Positions 33,201 to 43,358 of a stretch of 44,894 nucleotides of DNA are shown here, in pieces (positions within the stretch are counted from its first letter, which is position 1; every line of letters begins with the position of its first letter). The position numbers and the translations under genes are program-made. Below the pieces are notes generated by a model. The model was not told the DNA's origin and made no database searches. It saw only the letters and a program-made list of their open reading frames with translations. This DNA comes from Reclinomonas americana ATCC 50394. Taxonomy: Eukaryota. Where the stretch lies: assembly GCA_048213135.1 (NCBI GenBank), contig PS015500.1, positions 1 to 44,894 of the forward strand, given 5' to 3'.

Positions 33201-36200
33201 TAAAGTGACGATTCTCAGTCCTGCCGACCTTCTGTCACTCTTCACGGGCCAGCTGATGAGGAGCTCGACATTTTCGATTGTCATTGGTAAGCACTCGCCG
33301 ACCCGCTGTCACCACGAGCCTGCTCACCCACTCACCACCCTGCGCGCACCAGTGATTCAAGTCATCTATCTCATCCAGCTGTACATTGGCTTCAAAATGG
33401 ACAAGGCGAGCGACCGGCAGCTGGTCCGGTGTGTCACCATGTTAAAAATGCCGTTGCGGCAAGCTGAGCTGGCTGGCGTCAAGTTTGCCGGGTGCGTATT
33501 GCGTCGGGCGATTTCTTTGATTTGATCCTGAAAGTGAGCGTGTGTGATTGTGCACAGTGTGTTCTCCACCGCCGACCTGCGCGACCGCGATCTGCAGGCA
33601 GAAGATACAGGTGTGTATGCCTATCGCAGAGTCTTTGTGGCATCGCGCTGTTCACCCGTGTCGTTCATTCGGACAGACTCACTTCGGGCACTTGAAAGGC
33701 ATTTCGTGGCTGTTTCACGATTCCGACGTTTTGTGGCCATTGTTCTTGCGAGTCTCTTGCGTTTCTATGCTCGTTTCTAACTTGAATGCGCACAGAGCTC
33801 GTGCGCTCGGTGATACGCATCAATCGCGGCCGCAATTGGTTGATGAGACGTGCATTGGCCATGTGGACGGCTGTGAGAGGTGTGTGCATGCTGCTTGATT
33901 AGTGCGGCCTGTGCACTTCTGAGTAGCGTGGTGGCTCCGTGCAGATGACCACTCGTGGGTGTCGACGATAATCTGCCCGAATGCGGATCGCTTTCGGCGA
34001 ACGCAGCGTGTGACGGTGCGGGAGGGAGGAAAGGGGGGAAGGGAAGGGAGGGGGGAAGGGAGGGGAGGGAGGGAGGGAAGGGAAGGGCGGGAGGGGGAGG
34101 GAGAGGGAGGGAGGTGGAAGGGTGGGGAGAGGGAGAAGGGAGCAAGTTCGAAAAGGCGTACACACAGAGAACTCGCAGCAGAGAGAGAAAGAGAGACACG
34201 GCTCACGCACTGACCGTAGGCACACAGTTGTGTTGTCAAACTAAGAGAGGAGAAGAGAAAGGAGAATGGGAGATGGAGAAGTTTAGCACAGTAGTAACCG
34301 TGTGCTGAGAGGGACGGGGGCGAGAAGGAAAGGACGCAAAGTGCACAGTGGCTGTGCGCAGGGTGCAAGAGAGAGGGAGGGAGACAAAGAGACAGGGACA
34401 CGGGCAACTTGCCGGACTCTTTAGCAGTCTTCAGCAAGCCACGCGCAGAGTGTGCAGAAAGAGACTGTCAGACGAGGGACGTAGTTGTCTTTCAACTCGG
34501 AGAGGGAAAAGAGAGGAGAAGGGAGACGGTAGACTTGCAATACTCTTCACATGACCGCCGCACACTGCACTGTCGCCGTACGCACAATGAGAGTGAGAGG
34601 GAGGGAGAGAGATGTGTCGGCTCAGCACAATGACTGTCAAGCAGTTGTCTTGTTTCAACTCAGAGAGGGGATAAGGAGAGGAGAGCAATGAGAAAGCGAG
34701 GTAGGGGGATTGTGGTCTTGCAAGACTCTTCAGGAGACTATTGCGCTGCGTGCAGTCACGGTGTACAGCATGAGAGGGAGAGGTGTGAGAGAGAGAGGGA
34801 GAGGGGTTGGAGAACTACCAGGACTCTTCAGGCGACGGTCGCGTTGTGTGCAGTCATGGTGCACATCATGAGGAGGAGAATGCAAGAGAGAAAGAGGGGC
34901 TGTGTTTCAAACTTTCGCAGAGAACTCATGCACGTCGCACTGCCGTCTTAGAAGGAGAGAAAAGAGTCTGTAAGAAGCCGCCACACGCACTGTCGCTGTG
35001 CCGTACCATGTTTTCGATCGCGTGCTTCTATTCATCTCGAGCACCCTCTCTATCTTCTCTCCGCAAGTGGTCTGCGTTGGACCGAACTATGGAGTGACCA
35101 TTTTCCGCAAGTGACACTCACACTGTGTCTCTGTCTCCTTCTTCACTCCCATTCATTGATAACTTGCTCACTCCACGATTCCTTCAGGTTCTGTGGTTTG
35201 CCGTGTGCCTGGCTCTGTACACCAATGCCGTGTTTGCCGAGCAAGCCACCGTCGCGGGTGGTGGTTCCGCCTTCCTTCGCGAAATGCTGATTGGGATCAT
35301 CTCTGGTTTCGTGCACTCGGATCGTGTCACTGCTGTGTCGTTCCTCACGCTTGTCTGCAGGCGTGATCATGGCGCCGGCGGTGTGGGTTGTCTCGCAGAT
35401 ATTCATGCGCACGCCGCGTATTGTAATGCAGTTGCCTTCTGCTCACGAAACAACAACCGGCAAGCGGGTGGAGGTGACATCCATCGACATGCCCGCCGAC
35501 GATGCAAGCGACTTGGAGTGCGCAGAGCCGGCTCGCAAGGTGATTTTCATGTGGAGTGGGAGGGCGTGGTTTGCAATCAAGTTCGCGATGTAACAACGAT
35601 TGTGTGCTTCTGTACACGCGCAGAGTCACCGCACCATGGTGGTGTCTGCGCGTGGGCAACGGTCACCTCCGCCACCACCACCACCACCACCATCTTTGCC
35701 CCCGCGCGTTGCTCGACTGAGATTGCGAGGCGAATCCAGCACGCATTTGCTCACTGCCGTGTCCCAGCTGCGAAAGAATGACGTTTTTGGCGCGCTGTTG
35801 CATTACGCACACCACGGCCGACAGAGAGCAGTTGCGTCGATGCTGGGAGGAGGGGGTAAAGAGAATCTGCGAGGATGGTGTGAGAGAAGGAAAAGGAAGA
35901 GAACAAAGAGAAACAGAAAGAACCGAGAGAAAGAGGAGAGCAGATAGTAGTGGGAAAGAAATGAGTGGGAGGACAGTTGAGCAGGCGATGGAGAAACGAA
36001 CTTGATGTGAGGGGCGGAGGAAGGAGAAGATGGATGAGGAGACAGGGTTGAGAAGATAGTGGAGGAATGAAGTTGATGCGTGAGGAGTGAGAAAAAGAGG
36101 TGGGCAATTACCTCGATAAGGAGGACAGAAATGACATGATGGCCATGAGAAATGGTGAGGTCGGAGTGAGAGACAGAGATGAGCAGATGGTTGATGCGAG

Positions 36201-39200
36201 AGAGGAGGATAGGAGGGGCGCGAGTTCGAAGGTATCTGCGCAGATGAAGTGAGTGACAGATGCGGGAAGAATCGGGAGAAGGCAACGGTGGACCGAGGGA
36301 ATGGTTGAATGAGGGGCAACTGAGCTGATTGAGAAGGAACGAGCTCGATGGAAAGGAGGAATGGGAAGAAAGCGAGACGAGTCGGTGCAGATGGAGGTTT
36401 GAGTAGCTGGAAGAGGGAAACGAACTTCAAGTTCGGATTGTTATTGGAGTGAGGGAAAAGAAGGGTAGATTGCACACACGTGATGGGTTGCAGTTGGATG
36501 CGGAGTGTGCTTGTTGTTGAGACTGGGGCAGGACGTACTTCTTGTATTCAACTCGGAGTATGCCAGAGTGGTGCTTCTGGATTTCATTCTTACAGACACT
36601 GCTTTCTCCACCTTGTATCAGTGCACAATTGGCGCTCAAGTCGCCACCACTCCGTTCCTTGATATCTCTCCTTTGTCAAACCTGTCTCATGACTGATCGA
36701 TCCATCAGGTCCCCGTTGGCTTCTCGCTGGCGGCGCTGCAGCGCGAATTCTTCGAGTGGGTGAACAGCGCCGACATGGAAAAGGAGAGTTGGGCGCCGGA
36801 GATGTCGGCCGACGAGTTTCAGCGTCTGTGGCTTGCGCAATACGCCATGATGGGTGCCGGTGCCGATGGCCCCGGTAACAACCTGCTGGACTCGCGCGCT
36901 CGCCTGCTGTCGTTTGTGTCAGACAAGGAGTTGGTTGGCGACATGAGTGCACCGCCGTCGGTCGGCAGTGGACTGGCGTCCGTGCGCATGGGCCGTGGTG
37001 CGGCGACACACTTGTGAGTCAAGTGGCCTTTGCTTTCTAGATCTCCGAGTCCGTGCTCACTAGTTGAACTGCAGCGACAAGAGTGGTGGCTCGAATCTGT
37101 GGCACTCGGTGATGCCACCATCACCGCATTTCGTGGTGAGTGAGGTGACGACTGTGCATGCGCACGAACTGGTGGACGACAATGAGGGCTCGTCGGTGAG
37201 TGGAATGTGATGCACTGTTTTCATTCAACAAGGCGTCGCTGACCCGTGAATCCAGGCGCGCAATATCGATCTCCACCGTGTGCGAGTGCTTGCCATGCTG
37301 AGGAAGCAGAATGTCGTCGGTGCCTGGATGTACTTTATGACTAGCGTTCGACAGCAGCAGTCCTCGTCGGTGAGCGTGTTTTGGCGTGCCGTCGTTCTTG
37401 CTGTTGTGCCAGCTCACACTTTTTTCTTCGCAGGTCACGCAGTCAACGACACTGTCTGCACTATTCCGCGAATTCCTTGCCTGGCAGCGTTCTTTACTTG
37501 CGCGCGGCGATAGCGATTGTTCTTCGGTGCTCTCTGAGGAGGAGTTTGTACGGCTGTGGCGTCAGAAGAAGGCAAGAGCCAACGGCGACGAGCAAGCTGC
37601 ATCGTTGGCCGCATTCTTGACTGCAAATCGCATCGTGGACGACGTGGGCCAGCACAGCAAGGATGACGCCGATGCTGATTCCGATGGGTGAGCAAGCTGG
37701 CGTGCACTCATGCGGGTTACATACGCTCACTCACATTCTACTCAATAATAGGCTTGCTAACCGCACCACATTGTTGAGGTCAGCGCTTTCCGTCAACCCT
37801 CTCTACTCAATGCGTCCTTCAGTTCTTGACCATTTTTCCTGCTTCACCCCAGGTCTCCGGTACCATCTCCGCCAATGTCGTCGTCGCCGTTTGTTCCAGT
37901 AATGGTGAAGTGACCACTGTCGTGGGCAATCAAGCATACTAATACGCTCACACTGCGTTCTTCATGCCCAGCAAACTGCGCTGTGGCACCGAGTACGCGG
38001 AATGGCTGTCGATCAGCAGCAGCAGGCTGAAGATGGTGAACACGCCAGCGGCAATGGCTCGATGCTGGCGATCGGACCATTGACTCGCCGCGTCTCTCTG
38101 AGCGGAGCCGATGCAAGTGGGTGAGTGAGTCGATGCTGCGTGCATTAACATGGTGGTGCGATCGACAGTGCCTCACGTTTGCGAATGCGCAGAGTGCACC
38201 GTCCAGTAGCCGTGCCAGCTGGCCGGTTCGTAAAAGAGAGTGAGAGTGTTTGAGTTCTGCTCACTGCTGCTGACGCACTGTGCGCACGTCGCTGTTAGGT
38301 CACCTGTTGATTGGAGTCATCGTCAACGGGGGCACCATGAAGCACCAGCTCTGACTGTGCCTTTGGTGTCCGCCTCCACTCCGCCGCCTTCCATGATGGT
38401 GAGAAGACGATGATCTGCAGTGGAAGTGATGTAGCTGCTACATGTACACACAAAAAAAGGAGAAGCACACGCACACTTACGCCGTCGGCACGCGCACAGC
38501 ACTCTGCCATGTGGCAACGAGTTCGCACTCTGTTGGCTGATCAACAACGGTCTCGCAACAACATGCCCATGCTGGAGCCGCCGGATGGCGATTTCAAGTT
38601 GAAGCAGGTGAGCGAATGGGATAGAGAGCAATAATGTCCTCAAAGGTTTCTTTCATTCGTCGATCACGGCTTCTTGGTGATCTGGGAGGAGCGCGGGAAT
38701 TGGCTCCCGTACTGACGTGCACGCGCGCACAGATTGGTGGAATCCAGTATCCCGTTCCTAGCATCACAGTGGAGGATCGTAGTGAGCGCCCGCGCCGTCG
38801 ATACATCACGGCGGTTCCTGTTGGTGAGAGGGGGGAGAAGAGGGAAAGGGAAGGGACGGGGAAAAGGAAAAGGAGAAGGGAAAGGGAAAGGGAAAGGGAA
38901 AGGGAAAGGGAAAGGGAAAGGGAAAGGGAAAGGGAAAGGGAAAGGGAAAGGGAAAGGGAGGGGAGAGAGGAAGAGAGGAAAGGACAAGTGAGTGGATTGA
39001 TGATATTGAGAGGTAAGTGAGGAAGCAACAGAAAAGAACGAGGGAGGCAAGAGAGACAACGGAAGAAAAGAGAGAGCTAAAGGTACATAGAACCAAGTGT
39101 GGAAGGGAGAGAGTAACGTGGAAGGACAAGTAAAAGCAGAGAAAGAGAGAGAGAGTGAGAGAGGCAGGAGAGGAAAATGCGGAAAGCAGGGAGGTGGTGA

Positions 39201-42200
39201 GGAGAGGCAAGGGAGAGCGGAGAGAGACATGAGAGGAAAATGCGAAAGGAAGAGCAGTAACAGGAAGGGCAAGAGAGAGCCGACAGAGAGAGGCAGGAGA
39301 GGCAAGGAAAAGCCGGGAGAGAAGGGAGAGGCAAGTGTGGATGGAAGAGGAGTACCGAGGAAGGGAGAGCAGAGAGCGGAGTGAGAGAAGATGCAAATAT
39401 ATGGAAAGATGAGAGGTAACGAGGAAGGGCAAGGGGGAGCCGAGACGGAAGGGGGAGGCACGTTTGGAAGGATGTGTGGCAACGAAGAAGTGCGTGTANN
39501 NNNNNNNNNNNNNNNNNNNNNNNNNNNNNNNNNNNNNNNNNNNNNNNNNNNNNNNNNNNNNNNNNNNNNNNNNNNNNNNNNNNNNNNNNNNNNNNNNNNN
39601 NNNNNNNNNNNNNNNNNNNNNNNNNNNNNNNNNNNNNNNNNNNNNNNNNNNNNNNNNNNNNNNNNNNNNNNNNNNNNNNNNNNNNNNNCATGATTCTGCG
39701 AAACGAGATCAAACTGGTGAGCAAGCGACACCAGCGCGCGACAATCACACAAAAATACCTTCCAGCGCTTTGCGAATCGACGCAGCGCCACGTTCGTTGT
39801 TTCAACCTCGGCTATCGCTTCCGCGGTCTCTCGGCGATCTGTTCGGATGGGCACATGTTGGACGTAATGGAGACCGCGGACAGCAGCACAGCATCCAGAC
39901 GCACCGCTTGTCGATGAACTGCTTCCACTCGAAACACTGTTCTCCTCATCCCAGGCACAGCGAGTCCCTGCAAGCATCCAGTGGTTGGCAAGGGACAATC
40001 GACTGCACTCATGCACACCATACAGATCGTCGCGGCTCCAAAGAGTGAAAGGGACAGTCGCAGCGGTGGCAAACAGAGAGCCAAGAGAGCTCGAAGGAAG
40101 ACAGAGTGAAAGAGACCAGAAGAAAGAGACACCAGGGGAGAAAGAGAGGAGGTGACATGCAAGAGGGCGAAAGAAATGGCTGCCTCTCTCCGCGTTCCCT
40201 TGCTCTTCCTCGCTGGGTCTCTTCCTTTCTCATCTTGCCTCTCCTGTCTCTCTCTGCTTTCCCATGCCATTCCTCGTTGTCTCTCTTCCTTCCACATTTG
40301 CCTCTCCCTTCTCTCTCAGCTTTTCCTTGCCTCTCCTGTCTCTCTCTCGGCTCTCTCTTACCCTTCCTCGTTACCTCTCTTCCTTCCACACATGCCTCTC
40401 CTGTCTCTCTCTCTCTCTCTCTCTCAGCTTCCCCTTGCCATTCCTCATTGTCTCTCTTCCTTCCACACTTGCCTCCCCCTTCTATCCCAGCTTTTCCTTG
40501 CCTCTCCTGTCTCTCTCTCGGCTCTCTCATGCCCTTCCTCGTTACCTCTCATCTTTCCATATTTTGCTTCTTCTCTCTCTCCTACTTTTCCCGCTCATTC
40601 TTGCTATCTCTCTTCTTTCCACACTTGGTTCCTGTCTCTCTCCGCTCTCCCATGCCTCTCCTGCCTCTTCTGTCTCTCTCTCTGTCGGCTCTCTCTTGCC
40701 CTTCCTAGTTACTGCTCTTCCTTCCGCATTTTCCTCTCATGTCTCTCGCCGCTCTCCCTTGCCTCTCCTCACCACCTGTCTTCTTTCCACACTTACCTCT
40801 CCTGCCTCTCTCTGCTTCTCCTTGCCTTTCCTCGTTCTCAGTCTTCCTTCCACACTCGCCTCATCTGTCACCCTCTCTGCTTCCCATGCCCTTCCTCTTC
40901 ATCTGCCTTGTTGTTCTCCACTCTCCCCTTGCCTTTCCTCGTTCTCAGTCATCTTCTATCTCTCNNNNNNNNNNNNNNNNNNNNNNNNNNNNNNNNNNNN
41001 NNNNNNNNNNNNNNNNNNNNNNNNNNNNNNNNNNNNNNNNNNNNNNNNNNNNNNNNNNNNNNNNNNNNNNNNNNNNNNNNNNNNNNNNNNNNNNNNNNNN
41101 NNNNNNNNNNNNNNNNNNNNNNNNNNNNNNNNNNNNNNNNNNNNNNNNNNNNNNNNNNNNNNNNNNNNNNNNNNNNNNNNNNNNNNNNNNNNNNNNNNNN
41201 NNNNNNNNNNNNNNNNNNNNNNNNNNNNNNNNNNNNNNNNNNNNNNNNNNNNNNNNNNNNNNNNNNNNNNNNNNNNNNNNNNNNNNNNNNNNNNNNNNNN
41301 NNNNNNNNNNNNNNNNNNNNNNNNNNNNNNNNNNNNNNNNNNNNNNNNNNNNNNNNNNNNNNNNNNNNNNNNNNNNNNNNNNNNNNNNNNNNNNNNNNNN
41401 NNNNNNNNNNNNNNNNNNNNNNNNNNNNNNNNNNNNNNNNNNNNNNNNNNNNNNNNNNNNNNNNNNNNNNNNNNNNNNNNNNNNNNNNNNNNNNNNNNNN
41501 NNNNNNNNNNNNNNNATCTGCCTCTCGAGTTGGTGCCGTGGACATTCGTGGTCATATGGTGAGTCTGGAGCAAGCAAAGGGGAACCGTTCACTCCTTGCC
41601 CCTGTCCTTGGGGGGAAAATTGGGGGCAACATTGCTGATTCTGTGTTGCGAATTAGGCTCACCGGCATCTTCCTCATCATCATGACCCTGATCACGGCGT
41701 CGAGGTCGGTCTCCTTTCGCCTGTGTAGGCCATTTCGATTGCCCTGTTGGATTCACGTTTCGCGCTTGTACAGGGTGCTGAATGATTTGGAGGCGGCTGG
41801 CAACGGCGGTCTGATTGCCTCGGCTTGTGGAATCAGGTATGGGGCTGTCGCTTGAACATTGCACGAGATCGCATGCTAACTGACAATAATGTGTACGGTA
41901 GCGGTGTGTCTGCGTGTGTGCGTACTGTGGTTCTCCTGTCTGTGTTTGCTCACGAATGATCCCCTCTGCGTACTCTCTACCACCCTTGGCCGCACACAAT
42001 CAGTGGTGAGTGCTTTGGTCTGTCACACATTGCCTGGTTGAGTGCTGAACGCGAGTTTCTCTGTCTGCAGGGTCAAGGTGTGACGAAGAGGGTGTGAGTG
42101 TGCATCATCGCAAGTCAGACTCACTGTGCGTCGTGTTACAGACATCCTGATCAACGAGCCGCTCAAGATCGCCTTCTTTGCCTTCCTCGGTGCGTGGTGT

Positions 42201-42330
42201 GGCCGGCGGTATGGATGGCGATGACTCGATACTGATTCTGTTTTTTTGCGTCGCAGGACTGAGTCACACAGCCATGCTGTCGACTGCGACTGCCAGCGCT
42301 GTTGTGAAGGTCGTGAATGTGGCGACGTAA
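20169..42330 (+). CDS. Very large multi-exon polycystin-1-like (REJ-GAIN/GPS) membrane receptor with five predicted TM helices
   Basis: Signal peptide MRTALLLVLVVAC. REJ INDLPTAGTLAITPLSGVARFTAFSFTMTDFVDKDQPLSY...VTVRDVYGA. GPS CVFWNETRQQWISDGC...CRCNHMTDF. TM1 ...IYLIQLYIGFKMDKASD. PKD1 signature DDHSWVSTIICPNADRFRRTQRVT. TM2-3 VLWFAVCLALYTNAVF...EMLIGIISGVIMAPAVWVVSQIF. TM4 LPLELVPWTFVVIWLTGIFLII. TM5 DILINEPLKIAFFAFL. Stop TAA at 42328-42330. Continuity across gaps is inferred. Confidence 0.85.
21318..21720 (+). other. Cadherin-like domain exon of the polycystin-like gene
   Basis: NVAPSDV...EVGVLLVTLRAVDANRHQRHSFSLV...LRIANECEL...VRVRATEVND follows the cadherin-like pattern. A more degenerate unit may precede it (20524-20950). 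Confidence 0.55.
21874..23686 (+). other. FN3-like domain containing a six-blade NHL repeat propeller
   Basis: FN3 first half AATSVSYNSATVNGSV...YFE. NHL blades ARFHDPRGM, ARFSGPRGL, PNSVYYVFYD, TFYEPGGLALD, AQFSGPRML and VVTPFAIHL. FN3 second half LTQLTPSSVNYFRAVTV...GSTLSFTT. Confidence 0.75.
23754..28072 (+). other. About nine tandem IPT/TIG- or Ig-like extracellular repeats, each with a conserved Cys pair
   Basis: Units begin (F/L)(S/T)P.(T/S)I....V.ITV.G..L, contain a central Cys and end L.AG.Y.VC; most are bounded by phase-1 introns. Confidence 0.65.
29190..33046 (+). other. REJ module followed by GAIN region and GPS motif
   Basis: VFTWTC...VLTIAAG...YSFGCTVTRG; FSWRAY; IKEGVFEGNRKYVFEL; N..P.AG.L.I.P..G.A..T.F; VRDVYGA. 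GPS at ~32840-33040. Confidence 0.85.
31270..31680. repeat. Intronic tandem repeat, about 4 units of 105-130 bp
   Basis: Recurrent ctctcacttg...ttctcaa(a)gcacactcaccgattgc separated by GA-rich spacers. Confidence 0.8.
38876..38958. repeat. (GGGAAA)n hexamer microsatellite in an intron
   Basis: Directly visible. Confidence 0.95.
39000..40964. repeat. One GA-rich minisatellite family, at 39000-39498 and in opposite orientation at ~40150-40964
   Basis: ~39193-39290 (ggtggtgaggagaggcaagggagagcgg...gagagccgacagagag) closely matches the reverse complement of ~40678-40776. Confidence 0.85.
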
Positions 42331-42499
42331 GGAAACCAGTGAACCATTGCAAGTTACATTGTAAGGGAGAAAAAGAAGTCACGCGAGTGGGAGGAAGACG
42401 CACACAACGATCCACACAAGCACGCGAGCGTGAGGCGTCATCGGCCAGTCTACTTACCGGCGAGGAAGAACAACTAAGAACCGAGAGAATGAGATGCAA

Positions 42500-43060
42500 A
42501 GAAAAGGGAGCAACGAAGAACGAGAAAGGTCCACGAGGAACATAGGCAGAAGGAGATAGAGCACAGCTGCACGGAGCAACCAAGTATGAGAGAAGGAGAG
42601 GTAACGAACAGAGAGCAACGAAGAACGAGAAAAGTGGAGGGCTCACGTGCCAGTCTCCGCGAGGAACGTCAGCAACAGGAATAGTACACAGCTGCACGGA
42701 GCAACCAGGTGCGAGAGAATGAAAAGCAACAAATAGGGAGCAACGAAGAGCGAGAGAACAAGAGGGCTCACATGCCAGTCTCCGCATAAAACATGGGCTA
42801 CAGGAAAATAGTACAGAGCTGCACGGAGCAACCAAGTATGAGAGAAGGAGAGGCAAAGAAGAGAGAGCAACGAAGAACGAGAGAACAAGAGGGCTCACAT
42901 GCCAGTTTCCGCGTAAAACATGGGTAACAGGAAATAGTACACAGCGGCGCGAGGCATCCAAGTGACAGAGGATGGGAGGCAACGTAGAGTGAGAGAATAA
43001 GAGGGCTCATGTGCCAGTCTCCGCGTATAGTATAGGAAACCAAGAACGAGAGAAAGTGCT
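42500..43060. repeat. Intergenic tandem repeat, 4-5 units of ~105-127 bp
   Basis: Recurrent gagcaacgaagaacgaga, agggctcac(a/g)tgccagtctccgc and agctgcacggagcaacca. Confidence 0.85.
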
Positions 43061-43358
43061 TGTCAGGCAACCTCCGCGCAGAATGCAGGCAACAGGAAAT
43101 AGCACGTGGAAAACAAAGACAGTGACCAACAGGAGAGAGAAGTCAACTTCGCGCAGACTACAGCCAGCGAACAAGAGAATGGAAAGCGATGTGGTCGCGG
43201 TCGCCGGAGCCAAGCATTGCACTAACAAGCCCGCAGAGATAAAGAGTAGCATGCAGAGTGAGAGAGACCTCCGTTCAGCTGTGAGAAAGCGAGGCCTCAC
43301 CCCTCGATAGGCCACAAGGCACACAACGAAGGAAGAGGCCTCGCCCACGCGTCACCCA

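Noticed and set aside
39000-40964. Inverted repeat flanking exons, suggesting a foldback element or circular-RNA signal
   Set aside because: Better explained by mis-orientation of contig 39689-40964, because flipping it restores both the frame and a direct repeat.
42500-43060. Regularly spaced repeats resembling a CRISPR array (also 31270-31680 and 1243-1800)
   Set aside because: Whole units are degenerate copies with no unique spacers, no cas genes are present, and the context is eukaryotic.
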